From Gemmatimonadota bacterium (GTDB lineage Bacteria > Gemmatimonadota > Gemmatimonadetes > JACCXV01 > JAHWKZ01): a DNA stretch of 46,424 bases. The notes under the pieces were generated by a model that was not told the origin of the DNA, did no database searches, and worked only from the letters and a program-made list of their open reading frames with translations. The position numbers were made by a program, and so were the translations under genes. Location: positions 1 through 46,424 of the forward strand of contig JBHEOA010000098.1 of NCBI GenBank assembly GCA_046261835.1, read 5' to 3'. Positions within the stretch are counted from its first letter, which is position 1; every line of letters begins with the position of its first letter. Below, in pieces: positions 9,633 through 17,424 of this stretch.

Positions 9633-10178
9633 TCATCGGCTCAACTGCGCGCGCAGGAGCATGCGCGCGCGGTGGAGCTGGGACTTCGAGGTGCCCGGCT
9701 GGATCCCCAGCATCTCCGCGATCTCCTCGTGACGATACCCCTCCACATCGTGAAGGACGAACACCTTCCGGGCGCCGTCGGGCAAAGCGGCCATGGCCGC
9801 GTCGATATCGATCGAGCTCCAGTCGACTTCCCCGATCCGGGAAGCGACCGGGATCTCTTCCGTCTCGTCGGCGATCCAGGTCGGCCGGCGACTGCGCGCC
9901 TGGCGATACGTCGACATGAGGTTGATTCCCAGGCGGTAGAGCCACGTTCCGAAGGCGGAGTCACCACGAAAGGTGTCGAGCTTGTCCCACGCCTTCACGA
10001 AAACCTCCTGGGTCAGATCGTCCGCGTCGTCCTGCCCCACCATTCGGCGGGCAAGGCTGTGGATCCGGGGGACGTGGGCGTGATAGAGGCGCTCGAACGC
10101 CCGCACATCACCACCCGCGGCGAGACGAACATCGGCGTCGGAGGATTCGATCGCTGGCGGCGTGCGATCGCTATCCAG
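9633..10178 (-). CDS. ECF sigma-70 family RNA polymerase sigma factor (ECF-1)
   Basis: GDVRAFERLY, ADDLTQEVFVKAW, FGTWLYR, GYRHEEIAEMLG, GTSKSQLHRAR; frame open upstream of GTG 10106; CTG 10178 follows GGAGGA at 7 nt. Confidence 0.92.
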   Translation of the reverse strand: MDSDRTPPAIESSDADVRLAAGGDVRAFERLYHAHVPRIHSLARRMVGQDDADDLTQEVFVKAWDKLDTFRGDSAFGTWLYRLGINLMSTYRQARSRRPTWIADETEEIPVASRIGEVDWSSIDIDAAMAALPDGARKVFVLHDVEGYRHEEIAEMLGIQPGTSKSQLHRARMLLRAQLSR

Positions 10179-10217
10179 TGCTCGTTCCTCCGCGCCGTCG
10201 GTCCGTGCTCTCGATGG

Positions 10218-10245
10218 TTGGACGGCTTGGGTGAGGAGAGGGTTG
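10218..10245 (-). promoter_or_regulatory. ECF-type promoter CAACC-N16-CGTCCAA (putative autoregulatory promoter of ECF-1)
   Basis: Minus strand CAACCctctcctcacccaagcCGTCCAA directly upstream of the sigma gene; fits the AAC(-35)/CGT(-10) ECF consensus; second copy at 11282-11309. Confidence 0.7.
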
Positions 10246-10253
10246 GAACGGCG

Positions 10254-10805
10254 TCAGCGCCCGCCGGCCAGGTCCTCCGGCAGCGGATTGCCTTCACGGT
10301 CGACGTCCCAGGCGATCGACAGGACGTACCAGCGGCTGCCATCGGTCAGGAGCGTGATCGCATTGACCCCCCGGCTGAAGGGTTCCTCGTCGGGAGCTCT
10401 TCGTGAGGCGTAACCGCTCATGGCGCTGGCGACGTTGCCGAACTGCTCGAGATGCCGGCCGGTCTCGACCTCGTAGAAGGGTTCGCGGCTGAAGAACTCG
10501 CCGGCAACGCCGATGAAGTCCTCGACCGACATGATCCGGAGCGCAATGGTGCCGTCCGCCCGGGGAGCCGCGGGGGCGAGCGTCGCGCCGGTTGCGAAGA
10601 GCGAGCGGAAACGATCCCAGTCGCGCTCGCCGGCGGGACCGGAGATGACGTCATAGAGTGCGACCAGGATCGCGTCGATCGACTCCACGTCGGCCGGATC
10701 CGCGGGCACGGCCGCCGGCGCCCCCGGCTCTTGAGCGAGCGCGGGCAGGGCGGTGGTCGCAGCCACCGTCATGGCCAGAATGCACGCGCAGAGAAATCGA
10801 TGCAT
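10254..10805 (-). CDS. Exported SnoaL/NTF2-like conserved protein
   Basis: Signal peptide; DVESIDAILVALYDVISGPAG-RDWDRFRSLF and RGVNAITL...RWYVLSIAWD motifs; ATG 10805 after GAGGTG. Confidence 0.75.
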   Translation of the reverse strand: MHRFLCACILAMTVAATTALPALAQEPGAPAAVPADPADVESIDAILVALYDVISGPAGERDWDRFRSLFATGATLAPAAPRADGTIALRIMSVEDFIGVAGEFFSREPFYEVETGRHLEQFGNVASAMSGYASRRAPDEEPFSRGVNAITLLTDGSRWYVLSIAWDVDREGNPLPEDLAGGR

Positions 10806-10910
10806 GGGGATCACCTCGTGGGACGGGACTCATGAGAGGACGTGCGGGCAGGCCCGCAGGGGCATCCAGACGACGACGATCCCCCGCGGAACGTTCAAGG
10901 CGACGCGGGT

Positions 10911-10936
10911 CGGGGCTCCGCAAAAGCGGAGCCCCG
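10911..10936. other. Perfect 11-bp hairpin
   Basis: CGGGGCTCCGC-AAAA-GCGGAGCCCCG; no flanking U-tract. Confidence 0.6.
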
Positions 10937-11011
10937 CCGCACCTCGAGGCCCGGACGGGTCACCGCGGAGGGTTGGCGAATCTCCGCGGACCGAACCCCA
11001 GAGGCAATCGA

Positions 11012-11254
11012 TCAGACCATGTGCACGGGCACACGGGGCGAGGCCGGCGCCCGACCGCCCCGACGCAAAACGGGGCGAGCAGGCTTCGGCCGGGCCGGAC
11101 GCGGGGTCGTCGGTGCGATGACACCCGCGTTGGCGCCGGGGGAAGGCACGGGCAGCCCCCCGGCGGCCGGGCCCGAATCGGCGTGCGCCGCCGAGGCCGT
11201 CGCTCCCGCCACCGAGAAGATCAGAATCATGAGGATCCGTCCTGGTTTTATCAA
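11012..11254 (-). CDS. Small secreted Pro/Arg-rich protein (80 aa)
   Basis: MIKPGRILMILIFSVAGATASAAHA/DSGP...PRPARPKPARP; signal peptide with AHA site; directly downstream of an ECF promoter copy (ATG 11230 alternative). Confidence 0.5.
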   Translation of the reverse strand: MIKPGRILMILIFSVAGATASAAHADSGPAAGGLPVPSPGANAGVIAPTTPRPARPKPARPVLRRGGRAPASPRVPVHMV

Positions 11255-11281
11255 CCGTCGCGTCGTCGACCCGTCGGGAGA

Positions 11282-11309
11282 TTGGACGATGAAACCAGCC
11301 GCAGGGTTG
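11282..11309 (-). promoter_or_regulatory. ECF-type promoter CAACC-N16-CGTCCAA (second copy)
   Basis: Minus strand CAACCctgcggctggtttcatCGTCCAA; same boxes and spacing as 10218-10245. Confidence 0.65.
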
Positions 11310-11421
11310 TCTCGCCCTACCCGTGCATACGAAATCGTTCCCTCTCGGGTGTCACGGGTTCCCCCGGGGCCGTAAAGGGCCGACCGGCGCACCCCCCTGG
11401 GGGCGGGCTATCTTTTGAGCC

Positions 11422-12168
11422 ATGGTGTACTTCCTGATTCCGGCCTACAACGAGGAAGCGACGGTGGGTTTGCTCCTCTACAAGATCCGGCAGGTCATGC
11501 GGAACGTCCGGCGAGATTACCTGGCGATCGTGCTGGACGACGGCTCGACGGATGCCACGTCCGATGTGGCGGAGCAGTACCGCCGTTTCCTACCGGTCAA
11601 GGTTCTGCGCCACGCCGAGAACCGCGGCCTCGCCCCATCCCTGGACCGGCTGGTGCGCGAGGCTGTACGCCTCTCCCAGTATCCCGAGCGCGACGTCGCG
11701 ATCGTTCTCGAAGCGGATTTCACGTGGTCCCCGGCAGCGGTTCCCGACATGGTGCACCAGGTTGAGGCGGGGAGCGACATCGTCATCGGGGCGCGTACAC
11801 ACCCCGACAGCAAGGTCCACGGGGTATCGCGAGCCAAGCGCTTGACCACCCGTGTGGTAGAGGGGGTGCTTCGCGCCGTCATGCCGCTCCGCAACGTGAC
11901 CGACTACGGTTCCACCTACCGCGCGTATCGCATCGGGATGCTGAAACGCGCGGTGTCCGCCTATCAAGAGAACCTCATCACGACCCGGGACGCCGCCGCC
12001 AACGTAGAGCTGCTCCTCAGGCTAGGGCGCTTCCACCCCGCAATCGTTGAAGTCCCCGTCGACTATCGCGAGGACACGCGCTCACGGCCTTCGCGCCACC
12101 GCTGGACGATGGCGATCCGCAGTCAGCTCGCGCTGACCGGTCGAGTCGAGCGCGTCGCGGCGCCGTGA
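11422..12168 (+). CDS. Glycosyltransferase family 2 (DPM1-like)
   Basis: IPAYNEE, LDDGSTDAT, NRGL, EAD in the DxD position, DIVIGAR. Confidence 0.88.
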   Translation: MVYFLIPAYNEEATVGLLLYKIRQVMRNVRRDYLAIVLDDGSTDATSDVAEQYRRFLPVKVLRHAENRGLAPSLDRLVREAVRLSQYPERDVAIVLEADFTWSPAAVPDMVHQVEAGSDIVIGARTHPDSKVHGVSRAKRLTTRVVEGVLRAVMPLRNVTDYGSTYRAYRIGMLKRAVSAYQENLITTRDAAANVELLLRLGRFHPAIVEVPVDYREDTRSRPSRHRWTMAIRSQLALTGRVERVAAP

Positions 12169-12977
12169 CCGGGGAGATGCGGAACATGAGTAATCGCAGC
12201 GCAGTATATAGAGCCTGTATGCCGCGTCTCGGTGCATTTCTCGCTTTCTTCGCCGCCTCCGCGACCGCCGTGGGTCAGACGAGCCACGCCCCGGCGCCGT
12301 TTCTGCCCGGCGAGTCGATGGAGTACGCCGTGAGCTATGGGGTCATCCCGGCCGGCCAGCTGACGATCCGTGTCGCCGGCCTCGAGACATACCAGGGACG
12401 TTCCGCCTACCACCTGGTGTCCGAAGCCAAGAGCAACCGCGCCGTGTCGGTCCTCTACGAGCTGGCCTCGAGCGAGGAATCGTGGCTCGACGCCGAGGGG
12501 CTCTATTCGCTCCGCTATCGTCGAGTGTCCACGGAGAACGACAAGACTCGCGAGAGGGACGTCCGCTTCGACCAGCAGCGCCATCTGCGTATCTATTCCG
12601 ACGGTGCCACCAGTCCCACCAGCCCCCGCGCCGTCGACCAGCTGGCCATGATCTACTACATGCGGACCCTGCCGGTCGGGCCGGGCAAGACGTTCCTGCT
12701 GCAGAACCAGGCCGATCCCGAGGACAACCCCGTGACCATTCGCGTCCTCAAGCGTGAGCGGATCAGGGTGCCGGCGGGGTCGTTCGACACGTGGGTCGTC
12801 GACATCGAGGTCAAGACCGATCGCGGCATCTTCAAGAAGGGCGGCGAGAACCGCGTATGGGTGACGGCCGACGCCCGGCGCGTCCCGGTCAAGATCTCGA
12901 GCAAGATCGGCATCGGATCGTTCGCCGCTGAGCTCGTTGACTACTCTCGAGGTCAGCCGGTAGACTCCGCTCGCTGA
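12165..12977 (+). CDS. DUF3108 domain-containing exported protein
   Basis: PFLPGESMEYAVSYG, ERIRVPAGSFDT, WVTADARRVPVKI motifs; start uncertain (12165/12187/12219). Confidence 0.8.
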   Translation: MTGEMRNMSNRSAVYRACMPRLGAFLAFFAASATAVGQTSHAPAPFLPGESMEYAVSYGVIPAGQLTIRVAGLETYQGRSAYHLVSEAKSNRAVSVLYELASSEESWLDAEGLYSLRYRRVSTENDKTRERDVRFDQQRHLRIYSDGATSPTSPRAVDQLAMIYYMRTLPVGPGKTFLLQNQADPEDNPVTIRVLKRERIRVPAGSFDTWVVDIEVKTDRGIFKKGGENRVWVTADARRVPVKISSKIGIGSFAAELVDYSRGQPVDSAR

Positions 12978-13014
12978 ATCACTCGCTCATCAACGACGCC
13001 CAACTGATTTCGCC

Positions 13015-13971
13015 TTGACGTCACGCTACCGCGCGGCGGACCTCTCCGCGGTGCGCCCGATCCCTTTCGCTGCCCGCCGGAACAAGGTCTCCGTCGCTCA
13101 ATTCGGCGAGGTCCTCGACCCGCCGCCTCCGGTTGAAGCATTGATCGCGGCCCTCCCGGACGTGCTCGCGGCCGCATCGTTTCGCTCGGTGATCGATCGC
13201 TGGGTCGAGGCGGCGCGAAAGGAACGCGCCATCGTGGTCATGTGCGGCGGGCACGTCGTCAAGACCGGCTGCTCCCCCTTCTTGATCGATGCCTGCGACC
13301 GCGGGTGGATCACCCATCTGGCCTTCAACGGGGCGACCGCCATCCACGACTTCGAGATCGCATGTTTCGGTGAGACGTCGGAGGACGTGGCGGAGAGCCT
13401 GGCCGACGGATCCTTTGGCCTGGCCGATGAGACCGGCCGGTGGATGGCCGAAGCCGTGGCGCGCGGCGATGCGGAGGAGCTGGGTCTCGGCGAGGCACTC
13501 GGCCGTTGGCTCCTCGAGCGTGATCCCCCCGCGCCCCACGCGGATGCGAGCCTCCTCGCTCGCGCGCATGCCTGCGACGTTCCGGTCTCGGTTCACGTCG
13601 CGATCGGCGCCGAGATCACGCATCAGCATCCCGCGTTCGATGGGGCGGCGGCCGGCGCTTCCTCCCATCGTGATTTTCGCATCCTGGCGGCGTCGCTCGT
13701 CCGACTCCACGAGGGTGGGATCGTCCTCAACCTGGGCTCGGCGGTCGTTCTGCCCGAGGTGTTCGTCAAGGCACTCAACGTGGCGCGCCACCTCGACCCG
13801 CCGCTCAAGGACTTCACCGCCGTCAACGTCGACATGCTGCGCCACTACCGCCCCGAGATGAACGTGATCGGCCGGCCAGTGCTCGAAGGCGGCGAGGGGT
13901 TCCACCTGACCGGGCACCACGAGCTCGTCGTCCCCTTCCTCTACTATGCGCTGAGGGCCCGGCTGGGCTAA
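13015..13971 (+). CDS. Deoxyhypusine-synthase-like conserved protein
   Basis: GGHVVKTG, NGATAIHDFEIA, SVHVAIGAEITHQHP, LGSAVVLPEVFVKA, HYRP, GHHE motifs. Confidence 0.7.
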   Translation: MTSRYRAADLSAVRPIPFAARRNKVSVAQFGEVLDPPPPVEALIAALPDVLAAASFRSVIDRWVEAARKERAIVVMCGGHVVKTGCSPFLIDACDRGWITHLAFNGATAIHDFEIACFGETSEDVAESLADGSFGLADETGRWMAEAVARGDAEELGLGEALGRWLLERDPPAPHADASLLARAHACDVPVSVHVAIGAEITHQHPAFDGAAAGASSHRDFRILAASLVRLHEGGIVLNLGSAVVLPEVFVKALNVARHLDPPLKDFTAVNVDMLRHYRPEMNVIGRPVLEGGEGFHLTGHHELVVPFLYYALRARLG

Positions 13972-13987
13972 GCTATCTTTGCGCGCC

Positions 13988-15505
13988 GTGCGCTTCGGTA
14001 CCCGTGACGCTTCCCTGCGATGGGGGCTCCTGCCGCCGCTCGCGATCGCCGCCGTGATCCTCGTGGGCGATGGGCCGCTCCGCGCCCAATCGGTCCCCCT
14101 TCACGAGGGGCCGCCGGTCTGGCTGGCGCGGGTCGCGGAAGGTCCGCTCGCGCGTGCCCACTGGGGCGTGGCCGTCTACGACCTGGCCGACCGGCGCTGG
14201 GTCGCGCTCTATGACGCCGACCGGTACTTCGTCCCGGCCTCGAACCTCAAGCTCGTCGTCACGGCTGTGGCTCTCGAGCGGCTCGGTCCCGCCTACACCT
14301 GGCGCACGAGCATCTACGGTAGCGCTCCCGTCGGGCGCGACGGGACGCTGCGTGGCGACCTCGTTCTCTACGGCCGGGGCGACCCCAACCTCTCGGGCCG
14401 CTTCGCCGGGACGATCACCGCCGTGTTCGAAGCGCTCGCTGATTCGCTGGCTGCGCGCGGCTTGCGTCGCGTGAGCGGTGCCCTCCTGGCCGACGAGAGC
14501 CATTGGGACACCGACTATCTGCGCGGCGAATGGGAATCGTACGACACTCTTTGGTGGTATGCGGCGCCGGTCGGAGCGCTCGGCTTCAATGACAACGCCG
14601 TCGATTTCGCGGTGCGGCCCGGATCGCGCGTCGGCGAGCGACCGGTCGTCGAAGGTCAGCCAGAAAGCGAGTTCTGGACCCTCGAGAACCGCGCGGAGAC
14701 CGGCCCTCCGGGCGCCGCGCGAACGTTCGACCTCCGCCGCGTGCCGGGGACGAACCGGATCGAGGCCTACGGCGTCCTTCCGCTCGACGCCGATCCACGC
14801 ACCGAGTACTTCGCTGTGATCGACCCGGCCGGATGGGCAGGGACGGTGTTCCGCGAGGTTCTCGCCCAGCGCGGGATCACGATCGAGGGCCCCGTCCGGG
14901 TCGTCTCCGAGGCCGAGCGCTCGCCGGTCGCCGCAGGCGACACGATCGCACTCGCGGCGTGGATCTCCCCGCCGCTCGAACGCGTGGTCGAGACGGTGAA
15001 TCAGCGGAGCCAGAACTGGCATGCCGAGATGGTCCTCAAAACGCTCGGTCGCGAGATCGCTGGCGAAGGCTCGTGGCCGGCTGGTTTCCGCGCGGAGCGC
15101 TCGGCGCTGGCCGCGCTCGGGGTCGACACGACCGCGTTCCTGCTGCGCGACGCCTCGGGCCTGGCCGCCGAGAACCTCGTGACGCCGCGCGCCCTGGTGG
15201 AGCTCCTCGCCGCGGCCCGCAGGCGCCCGTGGGGCACGACGTTCCTCGCCTCTCTGCCCGTGGCCGCCGGTTCGACCGGCTCACTCCGCAGTCGCTTCGC
15301 CAACACCGTCGGCGCCGGGCGCGTGCGGGCCAAGACGGGGTTCATCGAGAACGTTTACGCGCTCGCGGGCTACCTGACGACGCTCGCGGGTCGGGAGATC
15401 GCCTTCAGCGTGATCGTCAACCAGACCGGGACAGCGGGCGGAGCTGCCGCCACGGCGGCGATCGACAGGCTGGTCAACGACTTCGTCTCGGGCGCGGCCC
15501 CGTGA
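13988..15505 (+). CDS. dacB: D-alanyl-D-alanine carboxypeptidase/endopeptidase (PBP4, peptidase S13)
   Basis: PASNLK (SxxK), GRGDP, SQN (SxN), DASGL, AKTG; start GTG 13988 or TTG 13979. Confidence 0.92.
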   Translation: MRFGTRDASLRWGLLPPLAIAAVILVGDGPLRAQSVPLHEGPPVWLARVAEGPLARAHWGVAVYDLADRRWVALYDADRYFVPASNLKLVVTAVALERLGPAYTWRTSIYGSAPVGRDGTLRGDLVLYGRGDPNLSGRFAGTITAVFEALADSLAARGLRRVSGALLADESHWDTDYLRGEWESYDTLWWYAAPVGALGFNDNAVDFAVRPGSRVGERPVVEGQPESEFWTLENRAETGPPGAARTFDLRRVPGTNRIEAYGVLPLDADPRTEYFAVIDPAGWAGTVFREVLAQRGITIEGPVRVVSEAERSPVAAGDTIALAAWISPPLERVVETVNQRSQNWHAEMVLKTLGREIAGEGSWPAGFRAERSALAALGVDTTAFLLRDASGLAAENLVTPRALVELLAAARRRPWGTTFLASLPVAAGSTGSLRSRFANTVGAGRVRAKTGFIENVYALAGYLTTLAGREIAFSVIVNQTGTAGGAAATAAIDRLVNDFVSGAAP

Positions 15506-15553
15506 GGATCGCGGCTCCGTGAGGCTGGCGACCCCGTGAGGCTGGCAGGCCCG
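15500..15553 (+). repeat. Tandem repeat, 3 x 17 bp (CCGTGAGG-N9)
   Basis: CCGTGAGGATCGCGGCT / CCGTGAGGCTGGCGACC / CCGTGAGGCTGGCAGGC. Confidence 0.85.
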
Positions 15554-15561
15554 CAACTTCG

Positions 15562-16358
15562 GTGACCCGCCCTGGCTCCGTCCCCCCCGGCTATCGCCGG
15601 ATACGGATCGGCGACCGCGACGTCGTCGCCTGGGAGCCCGTGATCGAATCCGTCGAGAATGCGCTCGCCTCGGCGGACTCGCTCTACGACTGGGCCGCGA
15701 GCCACGGTCGCCCAGCCGCCCGAGGGCGCGGCGCGGTCTACGAGGCGCGGCTCGGGCCCGCGCGCGCGGCGGTACGACGCTATCGTCGCGGCGGCTGGCT
15801 GCGCCCGCTTGGCGACCGCTACCTCGACCGCGGGACGCGCCCCTTTCGCGAGCTGGTGGCGAGCGAGGCGCTCCGCGCCGCGGGGGTTCCGACCCCCCGC
15901 GTCCTGGCCGCGGTTGCCGCACCCGCGCGGATCGGGTATCGCGCCGAGATCGCGGTCGAGTGGCTCGAGCCGGGCCACGACCTCGAGCCCCTGCTCCGTC
16001 CCGGCGCCTACCCGGCGCCGATCCGGACCGCCGCCCTGCGCGCCGCCGGCCGGGCCATGGGTCTCGCCCACCGGGCCGGCCTCGACCACCCCGATCTCCA
16101 GTATCGGAACCTCTTCGTCCGACCGCTCCCCGACAGCGGCTGGGAGGGCTTCCTGCTCGACCTCGACCGCGCCAGCGTCCGTCCCGGTGGCGCAGCCAGC
16201 TCGAAAAAAAAAACGTCGCGCGGCTCGAGCGGTCCCTGACCAAAGCCCGGGCGGCGGGTCGGATCGGCTGGACCGACGCCGACCGCGCGGCGCTTCTCGC
16301 CGGGTGGGACGAGGGGCTACGCGGCCTCACTGCCGTCGTCGGCCCCGACGCGGGATGA
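15562..16358 (+). CDS. Kdo/lipopolysaccharide kinase (KdkA/InaA family), frameshifted at the A10 tract 16204-16213
   Basis: RGRG, VRRYRRGG, RPFREL, HRAGLDHPDLQYRNL, LLDLD in the first frame; family C-terminus NVARLERSL...ALLAGW in the -1 frame. Confidence 0.85.
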
Positions 16359-16362
16359 CCTG

Positions 16363-17424
16363 ATGCTCGACGGCCAACGGGTCGCCATCGTGCTGCTGTC
16401 GGCGATCGGCGACATCGTCCACGCCTTCCCTCTCGTCGCCTCTCTCAAGGCCGCCGCGCCGCACGCCCGCTTCGAGTGGGTGGCTCAGCCCGTCCCCGCG
16501 GCGATCGCTGGGCGACATCCGGCGGTCGACCGCGTTTGGCTCCTCGAGCGGGGCGAGGGTTGGCGAGCGTTCCGCGCCCTCCGCCACGCGTTGAGGGGCG
16601 AGCGCTTCGATCTCGTGATAGACCTTCAGGTCTACGCCAAGGCGAGCCTGATCACCATGTTCCTCGATGCACCGCGCAAGGTTGGCTTCGATCGCCGTCG
16701 GGCGCGCGAGCTCAACTGGCTGGCGACAGGCGAGCGGATCCCGCCGCGACCCTTCGCCCACGTCGTCGACCAGTACCTGGAGTTCGCCGACTATCTCGGC
16801 GTGCCGCGACGCTATGACTGCAGCCTTCCGTTGACCGATGAGGAGCGTGCCGCGCAGGCGGCGTTCTATGAGCGTCGCGAGGCGCCGGTGGCCGTCCTGG
16901 TCGTAGGGACGTCGAAGCGAAAAAAGGAATGGCCGGCCGACCGTTGGGCCGGCCTCGCGGAGGCTCTCCACGCCGATTTCGGCTACGAAGTCGTGATCGC
17001 GGGCAGCGACGCCCCCGCCGAGCGCGAGCGCGCCCACGAGGTCGTCCGCCTGGCCCGTTGTCCCGTCCTCGACGCGCGCGGTGACGACCTCCCGCGCCTC
17101 CTGTGGATTCTCGACGGAGCCGCGCTCGTCGTGAGCCCCGACACGGGTCCCTACCATGTCGCGGTCGCGCTGGGCGCCCCCGCGATCGGCCTCTATGGCT
17201 ATACCGACCCAGCGCGTGTCGGGCCTGGCCACCGGTTCCTCGATCTCGTAGCCGATGCCTGGCACGACCCCGGCGAGGGATGGCACCCCGCCAGGCTGGG
17301 TTACCGTGACGAGAGGCTGTCCCGGATCACGGTGGGGGACGTCGTCGAGGTGGTCGAGCTGGCGCGGGCGCGCTATCCGCGCGCGCGAAACGGTCCGGCG
17401 GGGGGTGCTTCCTCGTCCGTATAG
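16363..17424 (+). CDS. Glycosyltransferase family 9 (LPS heptosyltransferase-like)
   Basis: LSAIGDIVH, FDLVIDLQ, KEWP, DTGPYHVAVALG. Confidence 0.9.
   Translation: MLDGQRVAIVLLSAIGDIVHAFPLVASLKAAAPHARFEWVAQPVPAAIAGRHPAVDRVWLLERGEGWRAFRALRHALRGERFDLVIDLQVYAKASLITMFLDAPRKVGFDRRRARELNWLATGERIPPRPFAHVVDQYLEFADYLGVPRRYDCSLPLTDEERAAQAAFYERREAPVAVLVVGTSKRKKEWPADRWAGLAEALHADFGYEVVIAGSDAPAERERAHEVVRLARCPVLDARGDDLPRLLWILDGAALVVSPDTGPYHVAVALGAPAIGLYGYTDPARVGPGHRFLDLVADAWHDPGEGWHPARLGYRDERLSRITVGDVVEVVELARARYPRARNGPAGGASSSV

Noticed and set aside
8961-10406. Long antisense or alternate-frame ORFs (also 37368-38888, 28623-30290, 24677-26023 and others)
   Set aside because: Stop-poor GC-rich shadows of well-supported genes, with no motifs.
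10952-10975. Third CAACCCT...CGTCC ECF promoter copy on the minus strand
   Set aside because: Spacer is 13 nt rather than 16, and it lies inside a hairpin.
11340-11410. Possible c-di-GMP or other riboswitch upstream of the GT2 gene
   Set aside because: Only a short GGCC-GTAAAG-GGCC stem; consensus elements are absent and the gene looks leaderless.
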